A stretch of 64,000 nt of DNA, taken from contig JBEGVQ010000191.1 of the NCBI GenBank assembly GCA_041178345.1, forward strand, positions 2,823 through 66,822. The letters are read 5' to 3'. Positions within the stretch are counted from its first letter, which is position 1, and each line of letters begins with the position of its first letter. The position numbers and the translations under genes were made by a program. This DNA comes from Acidobacteriota bacterium. Lineage in GTDB: Bacteria > Acidobacteriota > Vicinamibacteria > Vicinamibacterales > UBA2999. Below the pieces are notes generated by a model that worked only from the letters and a program-made list of their open reading frames with translations, had not been told where the DNA came from and ran no database searches. This document shows positions 19,277 to 28,423 of this stretch, one piece after another.

Positions 19277-20008
19277 GTGGCGGCGCCCAGCCTCAGCGTG
19301 TTTTTCCCGGCCTATAACGATGCCGGGACGATCGCGAGCCTGGTGATCAGCGCGGTGCAGGTCGCCGGCACGCTGACGCCAGACTTCGAAGTCATCGTCA
19401 TCAACGACGGCAGCCAGGACGACACCCCGCGCATTCTCGACGAACTGGCGCGGGTGTATCCGGATCGCGTGCGGATCGTACACCACCCCCGGAACCGCGG
19501 CTACGGCGGCGCGCTGCGCTCGGGGTTCGCCACGGCGGCCAAGGACTTCGTGTTCTACACCGACGGCGATGCGCAGTACGATCCGGCGGAGATGGTCCTG
19601 CTCTGGCAGCAGATGCGCGACGGCGTGGACTGGGTCAACGGCTGGAAGATCAGCCGCTCGGACCCGCTGCACCGCATCGTGATCGGCCGTCTCTACCACC
19701 ACTTCGTGAAACTGCTGTTCGGGTTGAAGGTCCGCGACGTCGATTGCGACTTCCGCCTGATGCGGCGTAGCATCTTCGACGTGGTCCGGCTCGAAAAAGA
19801 CAGCGGGGTGATCTGCCTGGAGATGATGAAGAAGTTCCAGGACGCCGGCTTCCGGGTCGCCGAAACGCCGGTGCACCATTTCCATCGCGCCCACGGCAAG
19901 TCGCAGTTCTTCAACTTTCCGCGGGTCGCCCGCACCCTCGCCGACGTGTTCAAGCTGTGGTGGGCGCTGGTGATTCGCCGCGAGCACCTCACGGAGCGGC
20001 CGCGATGA
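19277..20008 (+). CDS. GT2 glycosyltransferase
   Basis: 243 aa with FFPAYNDAGTI, INDGSQDDT and YTDGDAQYD motifs. GTG start abuts the previous stop. Confidence 0.85.
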   Translation: MAAPSLSVFFPAYNDAGTIASLVISAVQVAGTLTPDFEVIVINDGSQDDTPRILDELARVYPDRVRIVHHPRNRGYGGALRSGFATAAKDFVFYTDGDAQYDPAEMVLLWQQMRDGVDWVNGWKISRSDPLHRIVIGRLYHHFVKLLFGLKVRDVDCDFRLMRRSIFDVVRLEKDSGVICLEMMKKFQDAGFRVAETPVHHFHRAHGKSQFFNFPRVARTLADVFKLWWALVIRREHLTERPR

Positions 20009-21012
20009 CGCCGCTCGACTTCTACCGCGGCCGGCGGGTGATGATCACCGGTGGGCTCGGCTTCATCGGCAGCAACCTGGCGCACCGCCTGGTCGGGCTC
20101 GGCGCCGACGTGCTGCTGGTCGATTCGCTGATTCCCGATTACGGCGGCAACCTCTTCAACATCAGCGGCATCGAGTCGAGGGTGCGCGTGAACGTGGCCG
20201 ACGTGCGGCAGGCCAGCACCATGAACTACCTGGTCCGCGACCGCGAGGTGATTTTCAACCTTGCCGGCCAGGTGAGCCACATCGACAGCATGCGCGACCC
20301 GCACACCGACCTCGACATCAACTGCCGCAGCCAGTTGACGCTGCTCGAAGCGTGCCGCCATCACAACCCGTCGGCCAAAGTGGTTTACGCCAGCACCCGC
20401 CAGATCTACGGTCGGCCCGACACCCTGCCGGTGACCGAGCGGCAGCTGGTCAGGCCCACCGACGTCAACGGGATCAACAAGGCCGCCGGTGAGTACTACC
20501 ACCTGGTCTACAACAACGTGTTCGGCGTGCGCGCGTGCGCCTTGCGCCTGACCAACGTCTACGGCCCGCGCCAGCTGCTGCGGCACAACCGCCAGGGTTT
20601 CATCGGCTGGTTCATCCGCCTGGTGCTCGAGGACCGCGAAATCGACGTGTTCGGCGACGGCTCGCAGATACGCGACTTCGTCTACGTGGACGATGCGGTG
20701 GAGGCGTTCGTCGCGGCCGGCGCCAGCGACGCCGTCAACGGCGAAGCCTTCAACGTAGGCGGCGACGAACACCTCGCGCATCGCGACCTGGTCGCCCTGC
20801 TCGTCGAGCTGGCGGGCCAAGGCCGCTACCGCTTCATCGACTGGCCCCCGGAGAAGAAGGCGATCGACATCGGCAGCTTTTACGCCGACTCGACGCTGTT
20901 CATGGCCCGCACCGGCTGGGCGCCGACGGTGCGGCTACGCGACGGCTTCGCGCGGACACTGGCGTACTACCGCGCACACATGGCCCACTATGTCGACCAT
21001 CGTTCCGTTTAA
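20005..21012 (+). CDS. NAD-dependent sugar epimerase/dehydratase (SDR)
   Basis: Start ATG 20005 overlaps the upstream stop (ATGA). VMITGGLGFIGSNLAHRL Rossmann motif. Confidence 0.9.
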   Translation: MTPLDFYRGRRVMITGGLGFIGSNLAHRLVGLGADVLLVDSLIPDYGGNLFNISGIESRVRVNVADVRQASTMNYLVRDREVIFNLAGQVSHIDSMRDPHTDLDINCRSQLTLLEACRHHNPSAKVVYASTRQIYGRPDTLPVTERQLVRPTDVNGINKAAGEYYHLVYNNVFGVRACALRLTNVYGPRQLLRHNRQGFIGWFIRLVLEDREIDVFGDGSQIRDFVYVDDAVEAFVAAGASDAVNGEAFNVGGDEHLAHRDLVALLVELAGQGRYRFIDWPPEKKAIDIGSFYADSTLFMARTGWAPTVRLRDGFARTLAYYRAHMAHYVDHRSV

Positions 21013-22102
21013 CGCGCTCCGCCCCGGCGCCGATGCCGCGGCCGTCAGGGCCGCGATCGATCGCGTGATGGCCAGCGGCTGGTTCGTGCTGGGACCGGAA
21101 GTCGAGGCGTTCGAGGCCGAGTTCGCCGCCGCCAGCCGGGCGCCGTATGCCGTCGGCGTCGGCACGGGCACCGACGCGATCACCCTGATCCTGCGCGCCC
21201 TCGACATCGGGCCGGGCGATGAAGTGATCACGCCGCCGCTGTCGGCGGCGTATTCCGCGCTCGCGGTGATGATGGCCGGTGCCCGGCCGGTGTTCGCCGA
21301 CATCGATCCTGAACGCCTGACCCTGGATCCGCGCGCCGCGGAAGCGGCCATCACCTCGCGCACGAAGGCCATCATGCCGGTGCACCTGTACGGCCAGGCG
21401 GCCGACATGACCGCGTTTGCGGCCATCGCCGCGCGGCATGGCGTCGCGCTCGTCGAGGACGCGGCGCAGGCACACCTCGCCACGGCCGGCGGCCAGCCGG
21501 TCGGCACCATCGGCATCGCCGGCGCGACCAGTTTTTATCCGACCAAGAACCTCGGCGCCCTCGGTGACGGTGGCGCCGTGATCACGCGCGACGCGCAACT
21601 CGCCGCGCGCATCAAGCGACTGCGCAATGGCGGCCAGACGTCGCGCTATCACCACCTCGAGGCCGGCGCCAACAGCCGCCTCGACGAAATGCAGGCCGCC
21701 ATCTTGCGGGCGCGCTTGCCCCTGCTGCCGGGCTGGACGGCGCGGCGTCGGGCGATCGCGGCGCGCTATCGGGCCGCCGCGGTGCCACCATCGGTGACGG
21801 TGCCTCGCGAGTTCGACCAGGGGCACGTCTACCACCTGTTCCCGGTACTGACGCCGGACCGCGCGGCCTTCCAGGCCCACTGCGCGGCACAAGGCGTCGA
21901 AACGCTGATCCACTACCCGGTGCCCATCCCCCGGCAGCCGGCGCTCGGCCCCACCAGCCCAGCCATGTGCGCGGTGGCCGATCGCATCTGCGACCAAGTC
22001 GTATCGTTGCCAATGTATCCGGGCCTGTCGGACGACCAGGTGGCAGCGGTGGCGCAGGCATTTTCGTCGTTCAACGGCCAACACGGCCTCGCCGGCGTCT
22101 GA
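20990..22102 (+). CDS. DegT/DnrJ/EryC1/StrS-family sugar aminotransferase
   Basis: 370 aa with GWFVLGPEVEAFE and SFYPTKNLGALGDGGAV (PLP lysine context). Confidence 0.9.
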   Translation: MSTIVPFNALRPGADAAAVRAAIDRVMASGWFVLGPEVEAFEAEFAAASRAPYAVGVGTGTDAITLILRALDIGPGDEVITPPLSAAYSALAVMMAGARPVFADIDPERLTLDPRAAEAAITSRTKAIMPVHLYGQAADMTAFAAIAARHGVALVEDAAQAHLATAGGQPVGTIGIAGATSFYPTKNLGALGDGGAVITRDAQLAARIKRLRNGGQTSRYHHLEAGANSRLDEMQAAILRARLPLLPGWTARRRAIAARYRAAAVPPSVTVPREFDQGHVYHLFPVLTPDRAAFQAHCAAQGVETLIHYPVPIPRQPALGPTSPAMCAVADRICDQVVSLPMYPGLSDDQVAAVAQAFSSFNGQHGLAGV

Positions 22103-22139
22103 ATCGGCAAGGGGCGTATACTTAAGTCAGGCGTTTTTC

Positions 22140-22901
22140 ATGCGTCGAATCCTTCTCACCTTTGCACTTTCGCTCGTGGCGGTTCTGCCTGCCTCGGCGC
22201 AGCAATTGAAGCTGGCCTTCAATGACGGCCTGGTCTCGCTCGACGCGACCAGTGTGCCGGCGCGCACGATTCTCGTGGAGTGGGCCAAGCTCGGCGGCAC
22301 CAAGGTGTTTGGCGGCGAACGCATCACCGGCAGCCCCCTCACGCTCACGCTCGAGAACGTGCCCGAGGCGAGGGCGCTTGAAATCGTGCTGCGCAGCGTC
22401 GCGGGCTACATGGCCGCGCCGCGCGGCGCCACCGCCACGCCCGGTGCCTCGATGTACGACCGCATTCTCGTCCTCGCCACAAGCGCGGCCCCGGCGCCCG
22501 CCGCCGCCGCGCGTCCGGCGCCAAACCAGGGCGGGGGCACCAGCAACCGGTTTGTTCCGCCGCGTCAGCCCGTGCGCCAGGTGGAGGACGACGTCGAACC
22601 GGAAGAAGAGCCGGATCCCAATCCGCCCGACGCCCCGGTCTTTACGTTCCCGCAGCCGGGTCAGCAAAACGGCTCGCAGCCGGGCATGTTCCAGAACCCG
22701 GGCGCCAACGTGCAGCCGCCATTCATCAACGGCAACCCAAACACGGGCGCGCCACAGAACATCACCATCAGCCCGGCCGCTCCCGGCACGGCGCCGTCGT
22801 TCGGCGCGCCGTCTCCGGGCATGATCGTCATGCCGCCCGGGCAGCCGAGCACAGGCTCACCCGGACAACCCGGCCCCACGGTCCGCCCCCCGGGCGCCTG
22901 A
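22140..22901 (+). CDS. Exported protein: N-terminal STN-like domain plus Pro/Gly/Gln-rich tail
   Basis: 253 aa with signal peptide MRRILLTFALSLVAVLPASAQ, a folded region of about 90 aa, then a low-complexity P/G/Q/N tail. Confidence 0.6.
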   Translation: MRRILLTFALSLVAVLPASAQQLKLAFNDGLVSLDATSVPARTILVEWAKLGGTKVFGGERITGSPLTLTLENVPEARALEIVLRSVAGYMAAPRGATATPGASMYDRILVLATSAAPAPAAAARPAPNQGGGTSNRFVPPRQPVRQVEDDVEPEEEPDPNPPDAPVFTFPQPGQQNGSQPGMFQNPGANVQPPFINGNPNTGAPQNITISPAAPGTAPSFGAPSPGMIVMPPGQPSTGSPGQPGPTVRPPGA

Positions 22902-22921
22902 AGGCGCTTTCAAGCGGTGTC

Positions 22922-22943
22922 GGGCCGTTCCTACGGAACGCCC
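22922..22943 (+). terminator. Hairpin downstream of the Pro-rich protein gene
   Basis: GGG(c)CGTTCC-tac-GGAACGCCC followed by cccgttt. No clean U tract. Confidence 0.3.
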
Positions 22944-23085
22944 CCCGTTTCACTTCCAGTAGCGACAGCCCTCAGTTCCACGACCTCGACGCGCGGACCA
23001 CGTTGAATGGTCGGCGTCTCGCCGCGTCCCTCGCGTACAATTGAGCCTTCGCTCGCAGTACTGACTGGCGCGGCTGGTTTTGTCC

Positions 23086-24123
23086 ATGGCGGAAATCGAA
23101 CGCTACACCCCTGACGACCGACGGGGCATCGAACAGCTTTATCGGCGGACGCTCGGCAACGAGGCCGCCGATCGCCTTCGCTTGCGCTGGGATTGGGTCC
23201 GCCGCAATCCGGCCGGCACCCTGGAGCCACCGTACTGGGTGGTCCGCGAGGGACCGACGCTGATCGCCGCGATCCCGCTGCTGCCCGTGCTCGTCACGGT
23301 GGGCGGACAGGAAGCGGCGGGCACGTGGAGTACCGACCCGCTCGTGGTCGCCGAACGCCAGCGCCAGGGCCTGGGCGGGTCGCTGCTGCGGGCCTGGGAT
23401 CGCGGCACCGGGGTGGCGCTCGGCGCGGGGCTGTCGCCGGCAACCCGGGCGCGGCTCGACGAGATGCGCTGGCCGAAGGCGCAGGCACTGTCGTGCCTGG
23501 TCAAGCCCATCAGCCGCCGCGCGCTGCGCATTCCGACCTGGCCGGTCGCCATCAACCGCCTGGTTTCGGCGCTGGCCTTGCCGGTGGTGCGGCTGGTCTC
23601 GCGCGCGCAGCCGCTGCGGGAAGAGGTGGAGGTCGTGCGGCGGTTCGACGAGCGCTCGGATCGGCTCTGGGAGCGAATGGCGGGCCGATTCGCCATGGCC
23701 GTGAAGCGCGACGCGCGCTACCTGAACTGGAAGTACATCGAGCCGCCCCACGTGCGCTACACCGCCGCGAGGCTGCGGCGCGGCGACGACGTGGACGGCT
23801 ACGTCGTCTACCGGCACCTCCGCGAGCCGCAAGGGCGCGTGACGCAGATTGTCGACCTGCTGGCAGACCCATCCGACGAACGCGGGTTGAAGACGCTGGC
23901 GCGGTGGGTGGACCGCGAGGCGCGCGCGGCGGATTCCGACAAGATTCGCTGCTATGCCACGCACGCCGCGTTCCGGCGCGTACTGCGGCGCTCGGGTTAT
24001 TTCATGGTGAAGTCGGGCATCGACCTCACGGTGAAGGTCAATGCCGTGCCGGCAACGAAGGGGTTCGCCCAGTCCACCGACGACTGGCATTTCACGCTCG
24101 GCGACGGCGAGCTCGATCATTAG
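23086..24123 (+). CDS. GNAT-family acetyltransferase (large, two-lobed)
   Basis: The ORF begins at 23080 (TTG); ATG at 23086 (MAEIERYTPDD). Carries the acetyl-CoA loop-like RQRQGLGGSLL. Confidence 0.7.
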   Translation: MAEIERYTPDDRRGIEQLYRRTLGNEAADRLRLRWDWVRRNPAGTLEPPYWVVREGPTLIAAIPLLPVLVTVGGQEAAGTWSTDPLVVAERQRQGLGGSLLRAWDRGTGVALGAGLSPATRARLDEMRWPKAQALSCLVKPISRRALRIPTWPVAINRLVSALALPVVRLVSRAQPLREEVEVVRRFDERSDRLWERMAGRFAMAVKRDARYLNWKYIEPPHVRYTAARLRRGDDVDGYVVYRHLREPQGRVTQIVDLLADPSDERGLKTLARWVDREARAADSDKIRCYATHAAFRRVLRRSGYFMVKSGIDLTVKVNAVPATKGFAQSTDDWHFTLGDGELDH

Positions 24124-24202
24124 ATCGGGAGTTGAAGGTTGAACAGTTGAAGGTTGGTAGTTCAAGTCTTCAAGTTGCCGGTTCAGGAAAAGGCACAGCA
24201 AC

Positions 24203-24649
24203 ATGTCGTTAGAGCAAATACTCGGCGCCGACATCGTGACCGCGATGAGGGCGAAAGATGCGACGCGGCTGACCGCGCTGCGCATGCTGAAGACCGCGCT
24301 CACGAACAAGAGCATCGAGAAGGGGCGCGCGCTCGAGGCCGCCGAAGAGCTGCAGGTCGTGTCGATGCTGGTCAAGCAACGGCGCGACTCGATCGAGCAG
24401 TTCACCAAGGGCGGACGGATCGACCTCGCCGACAAGGAGCAGGCCGAGATCGCCGTGCTCGACGCCTACCTGCCGGCCGCGGCCAGCGACGACGAGATTG
24501 CGGCAGCGGTGGCCGCGGCGGTCGCCGAGACCGGTGCCAGCACCGCCAAGGACATGGGCAAGGTGATGAAGGCGGCGATCGCCGCGCTCGCCGGCAAGAC
24601 CGTCGACGGCAAGAAAGTCAATGAAGCCGTGCGCCGGTCCCTCGGTTAG
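24203..24649 (+). CDS. GatB/YqeY-domain protein
   Basis: 148 aa. MSLEQILGADIVTAMRAKDATRLTALRMLKTAL is typical of the YqeY family. Confidence 0.9.
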   Translation: MSLEQILGADIVTAMRAKDATRLTALRMLKTALTNKSIEKGRALEAAEELQVVSMLVKQRRDSIEQFTKGGRIDLADKEQAEIAVLDAYLPAAASDDEIAAAVAAAVAETGASTAKDMGKVMKAAIAALAGKTVDGKKVNEAVRRSLG

Positions 24650-24747
24650 TCACGACCGCGCAGATTCTCGGACCGGGTCAAACATTTCTCACGGGCGAGC
24701 CGTCTATATATTTGAAAGGCCTAGTCAGCCTCTCACCATCCTCCTTG

Positions 24748-24781
24748 GGGCTCGAGCCGAGCGGCTTGAGCCCTATTTTTG
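24748..24781 (+). terminator. Rho-independent terminator
   Basis: GGGCTCGAGCC-gagc-GGCTTGAGCCC (11 bp including one G-T pair) followed by TATTTTTG. Confidence 0.65.
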
Positions 24782-24866
24782 TGCCGGCACGCCGGCGAGG
24801 TTGTGCGCCGGTGGAACGCCGTTCCACCAGCGCGCACTAATCGCCATGCTACGCTTGCGCTGACTG

Positions 24867-26459
24867 ATGCCCGACTCCCAACCACGCCTGGCCAGGTCTG
24901 CCGGGGTCTTCGGGCTGGCCACTTTCGCGAGCCGCATACTCGGGCTGGTTCGGGATCAGGTTCTCGCCTTCTACTTCGGCGCCGAAAGCACAGCCGACGC
25001 GTTCCGCGTGGCGGGCCGCATTCCGAACCTGGTGCGCGACCTGTTTGCCGAAGGCGCCATGAGCGCGGCGTTTGTGCCGACTTTCACAAGGCAGCTGACG
25101 CTGCACGGGCGCGAGCGGGCCTGGACCCTGGCCAGTTCGGTCATCAACTCGCTCATCCTGGTCACCGGCATCCTCGTCCTGGCCGGCCTCGTCTTCGCCG
25201 AACCGCTGGTACGGACCTTCGCGCCGGAGTTCAGCACGGTGCCCGGCCAGGTCGAGCTGACCGTGCACCTGACGCGCATCATGCTGCCGTTCCTGACGCT
25301 GGTGGCCGTGGCCGCGGCATTGATGGGCATGCTCAACTCGCTGGGACACTTCTTCGTCCCGGCGTTGTCGCCGGCGATGTTCAATGTTGCGGTCGTCGCC
25401 ATCGCGATCGTGTTCATCCCGCTGGCACCGTCGTTCGGCATCGAACCCATCACCATGGTCGCGATCGGCACGCTCGTCGGCGGCGTCGGCCAGCTGCTGA
25501 TCCAGTGGCCGCCCCTCCGCAAGGAGGGCTTCCGCTACCGCCCGATCATCGACGTCCGCGATGAGGGCCTGCACCGCGTGTTGTTGCTGATGGGGCCCGG
25601 CACCATCGGCATGGCGACCACGCAGATCAATGTGTTCGTCAACACCATGCTGGCGACCGGCGCGGGCACCGGCGCGGTAACCTACCTGGATCTCGCGTTC
25701 CGGCTGATGTACCTGCCGATCGGCCTGTTCGGCGTGTCGATTGCCGCCGCGTCCACGCCGGCGGTGTCGCGGTTGGTGGCGGAAGGCAACTTCGCCCGCA
25801 TCCGCTCGACGCTGGCCGGCGCGATCTCGTTGATGCTGCTGCTGAACGTGCCGGCTACCGTCGGCCTGATCGTGCTGGCACAGCCGATCGTCGCGGTCAT
25901 CTTCGAACGCGGCCGGTTCACCGCGGCCGACACGATGGCGACCGCCGCGGCCCTGCAGTGCTACGCACTGGGACTGGTGGGCTACTCGATCGTACGCATT
26001 GTCACGCCGACCTTCTACTCGCTGCACAAGAGCCGTATCCCGGTGATGGTGAGCATGGGCTCGGTGGTCGTGAACGTCGCCCTCAACTGGTGGCTGGTCG
26101 GCGTGCTCGGCTTCCGCGGCCTGGCGCTCGGCACCGCCATGACTGCCGTGCTGAACGCGGGCGTGCAGTTGTGGCTCGTGCGCCGCGAGCTGAGCGGCAT
26201 CGACGGGCACCGCATCATCGGTTCGCTGGTCCGGATCGTGGTCGCTGCTGCCGCGATGGGAATCGGGGCGTGGGGCGCGAACGAACTGTTCACCCAGTGG
26301 TTGCCGGGCCAGTCGTTAGCGCTGCAGATCATGCGCTTGACCCTCAGCATCGGGTTCGCCCTGCTGACGCTGGCGATCGCGTCACAAGTGCTGCGCATCC
26401 CGGAATTCGGCGAGGCGCGTGACCTCGTGATCGGACGCTTCAAAAGGATGGCCTGGTGA
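24867..26459 (+). CDS. murJ: Lipid II flippase MurJ
   Basis: 530 aa, polytopic. The N-terminus SRILGLVRDQVLAFYFGAESTADAFRVAGRIPNLVRDLFAEGAMSAAFVP is typical of MviN/MurJ. Confidence 0.93.
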   Translation: MPDSQPRLARSAGVFGLATFASRILGLVRDQVLAFYFGAESTADAFRVAGRIPNLVRDLFAEGAMSAAFVPTFTRQLTLHGRERAWTLASSVINSLILVTGILVLAGLVFAEPLVRTFAPEFSTVPGQVELTVHLTRIMLPFLTLVAVAAALMGMLNSLGHFFVPALSPAMFNVAVVAIAIVFIPLAPSFGIEPITMVAIGTLVGGVGQLLIQWPPLRKEGFRYRPIIDVRDEGLHRVLLLMGPGTIGMATTQINVFVNTMLATGAGTGAVTYLDLAFRLMYLPIGLFGVSIAAASTPAVSRLVAEGNFARIRSTLAGAISLMLLLNVPATVGLIVLAQPIVAVIFERGRFTAADTMATAAALQCYALGLVGYSIVRIVTPTFYSLHKSRIPVMVSMGSVVVNVALNWWLVGVLGFRGLALGTAMTAVLNAGVQLWLVRRELSGIDGHRIIGSLVRIVVAAAAMGIGAWGANELFTQWLPGQSLALQIMRLTLSIGFALLTLAIASQVLRIPEFGEARDLVIGRFKRMAW

Positions 26460-27646
26460 AGGACCGCGGCTGGCTGGGTCTTCACACCTCGATCTGGAAG
26501 ATCGCCTCGACCCACGTCGTCGTCGACGGCTACACGAACATCTACGCGCCGCTGCTGCCGTTGCTGATCCCGCACCTGGGCATGTCGCTCGCGACCGCCG
26601 GTACCGTCGCGATGTGTTTTCAGCTGGCCAACTCGGTGTCACAGCTGGGTTTCGGCGCGCTGGCCGATCGCTGGCGCCCGCGGCTGCTGGTGATGGCCGG
26701 CCCACTGGTCGCGGTCGTCCTGTTGAGCTTCATCGGGCTGGCGACATCGCCGTTGATGCTGGGCGTGATCCTGGTGGCGGGGGGCCTCGGCGGCGCGGCG
26801 TTCCACCCGCCGGCGGCGGCGCTGGTCTACCGCTTGTCCGACCATCGCAAGGGTCTCGCGATGTCGACCCACCTGTCGGGTGGCTCGCTCGGCTTCTCCG
26901 CGGCGCCGATCCTGTTCGCGCCGTTTATCGCCTTCATGGGCCTGCAGTGGTCGCCGCTGATCATGATTCCCGGCCTGCTCGCGCTCGGGTGGACCCTGCG
27001 GCACGTCCCCACGTTCACGCTGCCCGCCGCCCACGAACGCTCGACGTGGAAGTCGCTGCGCCCGGCGGCGGTGCCGCTGGCACTGCTCTATTTCACGATC
27101 GTGCTCCGCACCGCGACCAGCTACGGCTTCATGACGTTTACGCCGACGCTGCTGACGCAGCAGGGGTATTCGATCGGCGAAGCCAGCCTGGCGGTGTCGC
27201 TGTACCTGTTTGCCAGCGGCATCGGCGGCTTCATCGGCGGTCCGCTCGCCGACCGCGTCGGGCCCCGGCGGGTGATCGTGTGGTCGCTCGTGGCCGCGGT
27301 CCCATTCATGGCCATAGCGCCGTGGCTGTCGCCCCTTGGCTTCACCGTCATGCTGGCGATCGGCGGCCTGCTGCTGCAGTCGACGCTGCCGATCAGCGTG
27401 ACCTTCGCGCAAAGCTTCGTGACAGGCGGCGCCGCCACGGTGTCGTCGCTGATGATGGGGTTTGCGTGGGGGGTCGGCAGCCTCGCCGTCCCGCTGATCG
27501 GAGCCGGCGCCGACCGGTTCGGGATCGAGCGGACCCTGGCCACGCTGGCCTTCCTGCCGCTGGTGGCGGCGGCGCTGGCGGCCGGGCTGCCGGCGACCGG
27601 CGCGGCGCGGCGCGCCCCGGGAACGCCGCTCGAGGCGCTCCCGTAG
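26456..27646 (+). CDS. MFS transporter
   Basis: 396 aa with about 12 hydrophobic segments. GTG start overlaps the murJ stop (GTGA). Confidence 0.85.
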   Translation: MKDRGWLGLHTSIWKIASTHVVVDGYTNIYAPLLPLLIPHLGMSLATAGTVAMCFQLANSVSQLGFGALADRWRPRLLVMAGPLVAVVLLSFIGLATSPLMLGVILVAGGLGGAAFHPPAAALVYRLSDHRKGLAMSTHLSGGSLGFSAAPILFAPFIAFMGLQWSPLIMIPGLLALGWTLRHVPTFTLPAAHERSTWKSLRPAAVPLALLYFTIVLRTATSYGFMTFTPTLLTQQGYSIGEASLAVSLYLFASGIGGFIGGPLADRVGPRRVIVWSLVAAVPFMAIAPWLSPLGFTVMLAIGGLLLQSTLPISVTFAQSFVTGGAATVSSLMMGFAWGVGSLAVPLIGAGADRFGIERTLATLAFLPLVAAALAAGLPATGAARRAPGTPLEALP

Positions 27647-27664
27647 TACGATTCGAGGACGCGC

Positions 27665-28423
27665 ATGGCTCGTTATCCCTCTGCTTCGGGCGCTTCGTTC
27701 TCGTTCGGGCCGGGCCGCCTGACGCCGGCGGTCAAGCTGCTCGTCATCATCAACGTGGTGATGTTCGTGCTCAACCTGATCGTGCCGGCCATGACCTTGC
27801 GGCTCGGCCTCGAGCCACGCGCGGTGTTCGAGGACTTCGCCGTCTGGCAACCCGTCACCTACATGTTCCTGCACAGCACCGGCGGGGTCGGCCACGTGCT
27901 GATCAACATGCTCTCGCTGTGGATGTTCGGGACCGAGCTCGAGCGCACCTGGGGCACGCGGTTCTTCACGAAGTATTACTTCGTGACCGGCATCGGGGCG
28001 GCGGCCACCAGCCTGTTGCTGTCGCTGTTCGTCGACGGCATCTACTATTCGGTCACCGTCGGCGCGTCGGGCGCCATCTACGGGCTACTGCTCGGCTACG
28101 GCATGTATTTTCCGCACCGGCCGATTTACCTCTATTTCATCTTTCCGATCCCGGCGAAGTACTTCGTGATGATCGTCGGCGCGATCGCGTTCTTCTCGGC
28201 GCTCGGCGGACCGGGCGGCGGCGTGGCCCATACCGCGCACCTGGGCGGGCTGGTGGTCGGCTACCTGTATTTGAAGGGACTGCGGGCGCGGCCGCTCGAT
28301 GAATTGAAGTACCGCTGGCTGCGGTGGAAGATGGGCCGCGCGCGGAGCAAGTTCGACGTCTATTCCGGCGGCCGGGCGTCAGACGACGGCTGGAAGAGCG
28401 ACTGGAAGAAGCACATTCACTAG
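27665..28423 (+). CDS. Rhomboid-family intramembrane serine protease
   Basis: 252 aa with HxxxN-like HVLINMLSLW, catalytic GASGAIYG and AHLGGLVVG. Confidence 0.88.
   Translation: MARYPSASGASFSFGPGRLTPAVKLLVIINVVMFVLNLIVPAMTLRLGLEPRAVFEDFAVWQPVTYMFLHSTGGVGHVLINMLSLWMFGTELERTWGTRFFTKYYFVTGIGAAATSLLLSLFVDGIYYSVTVGASGAIYGLLLGYGMYFPHRPIYLYFIFPIPAKYFVMIVGAIAFFSALGGPGGGVAHTAHLGGLVVGYLYLKGLRARPLDELKYRWLRWKMGRARSKFDVYSGGRASDDGWKSDWKKHIH

Noticed and set aside
22990-23075. Co-occurrence of CAATTGAG and TACTGACTG both here and in the 8.1-8.2 kb gap, suggesting a shared element.
   Set aside because: Only two short words are shared, with different spacing (13 against 77 nt). By my rough composition estimate each word is expected about 0.2-0.5 times by chance, so the evidence is too weak without a genome-wide count.
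24731-24747. CTCACCATCCTCCTTGG resembling the 3' end of 16S rRNA (CACCTCCTT).
   Set aside because: It is only a short partial match with no surrounding rRNA-like sequence. It is treated instead as part of a possible 3' UTR or sRNA.
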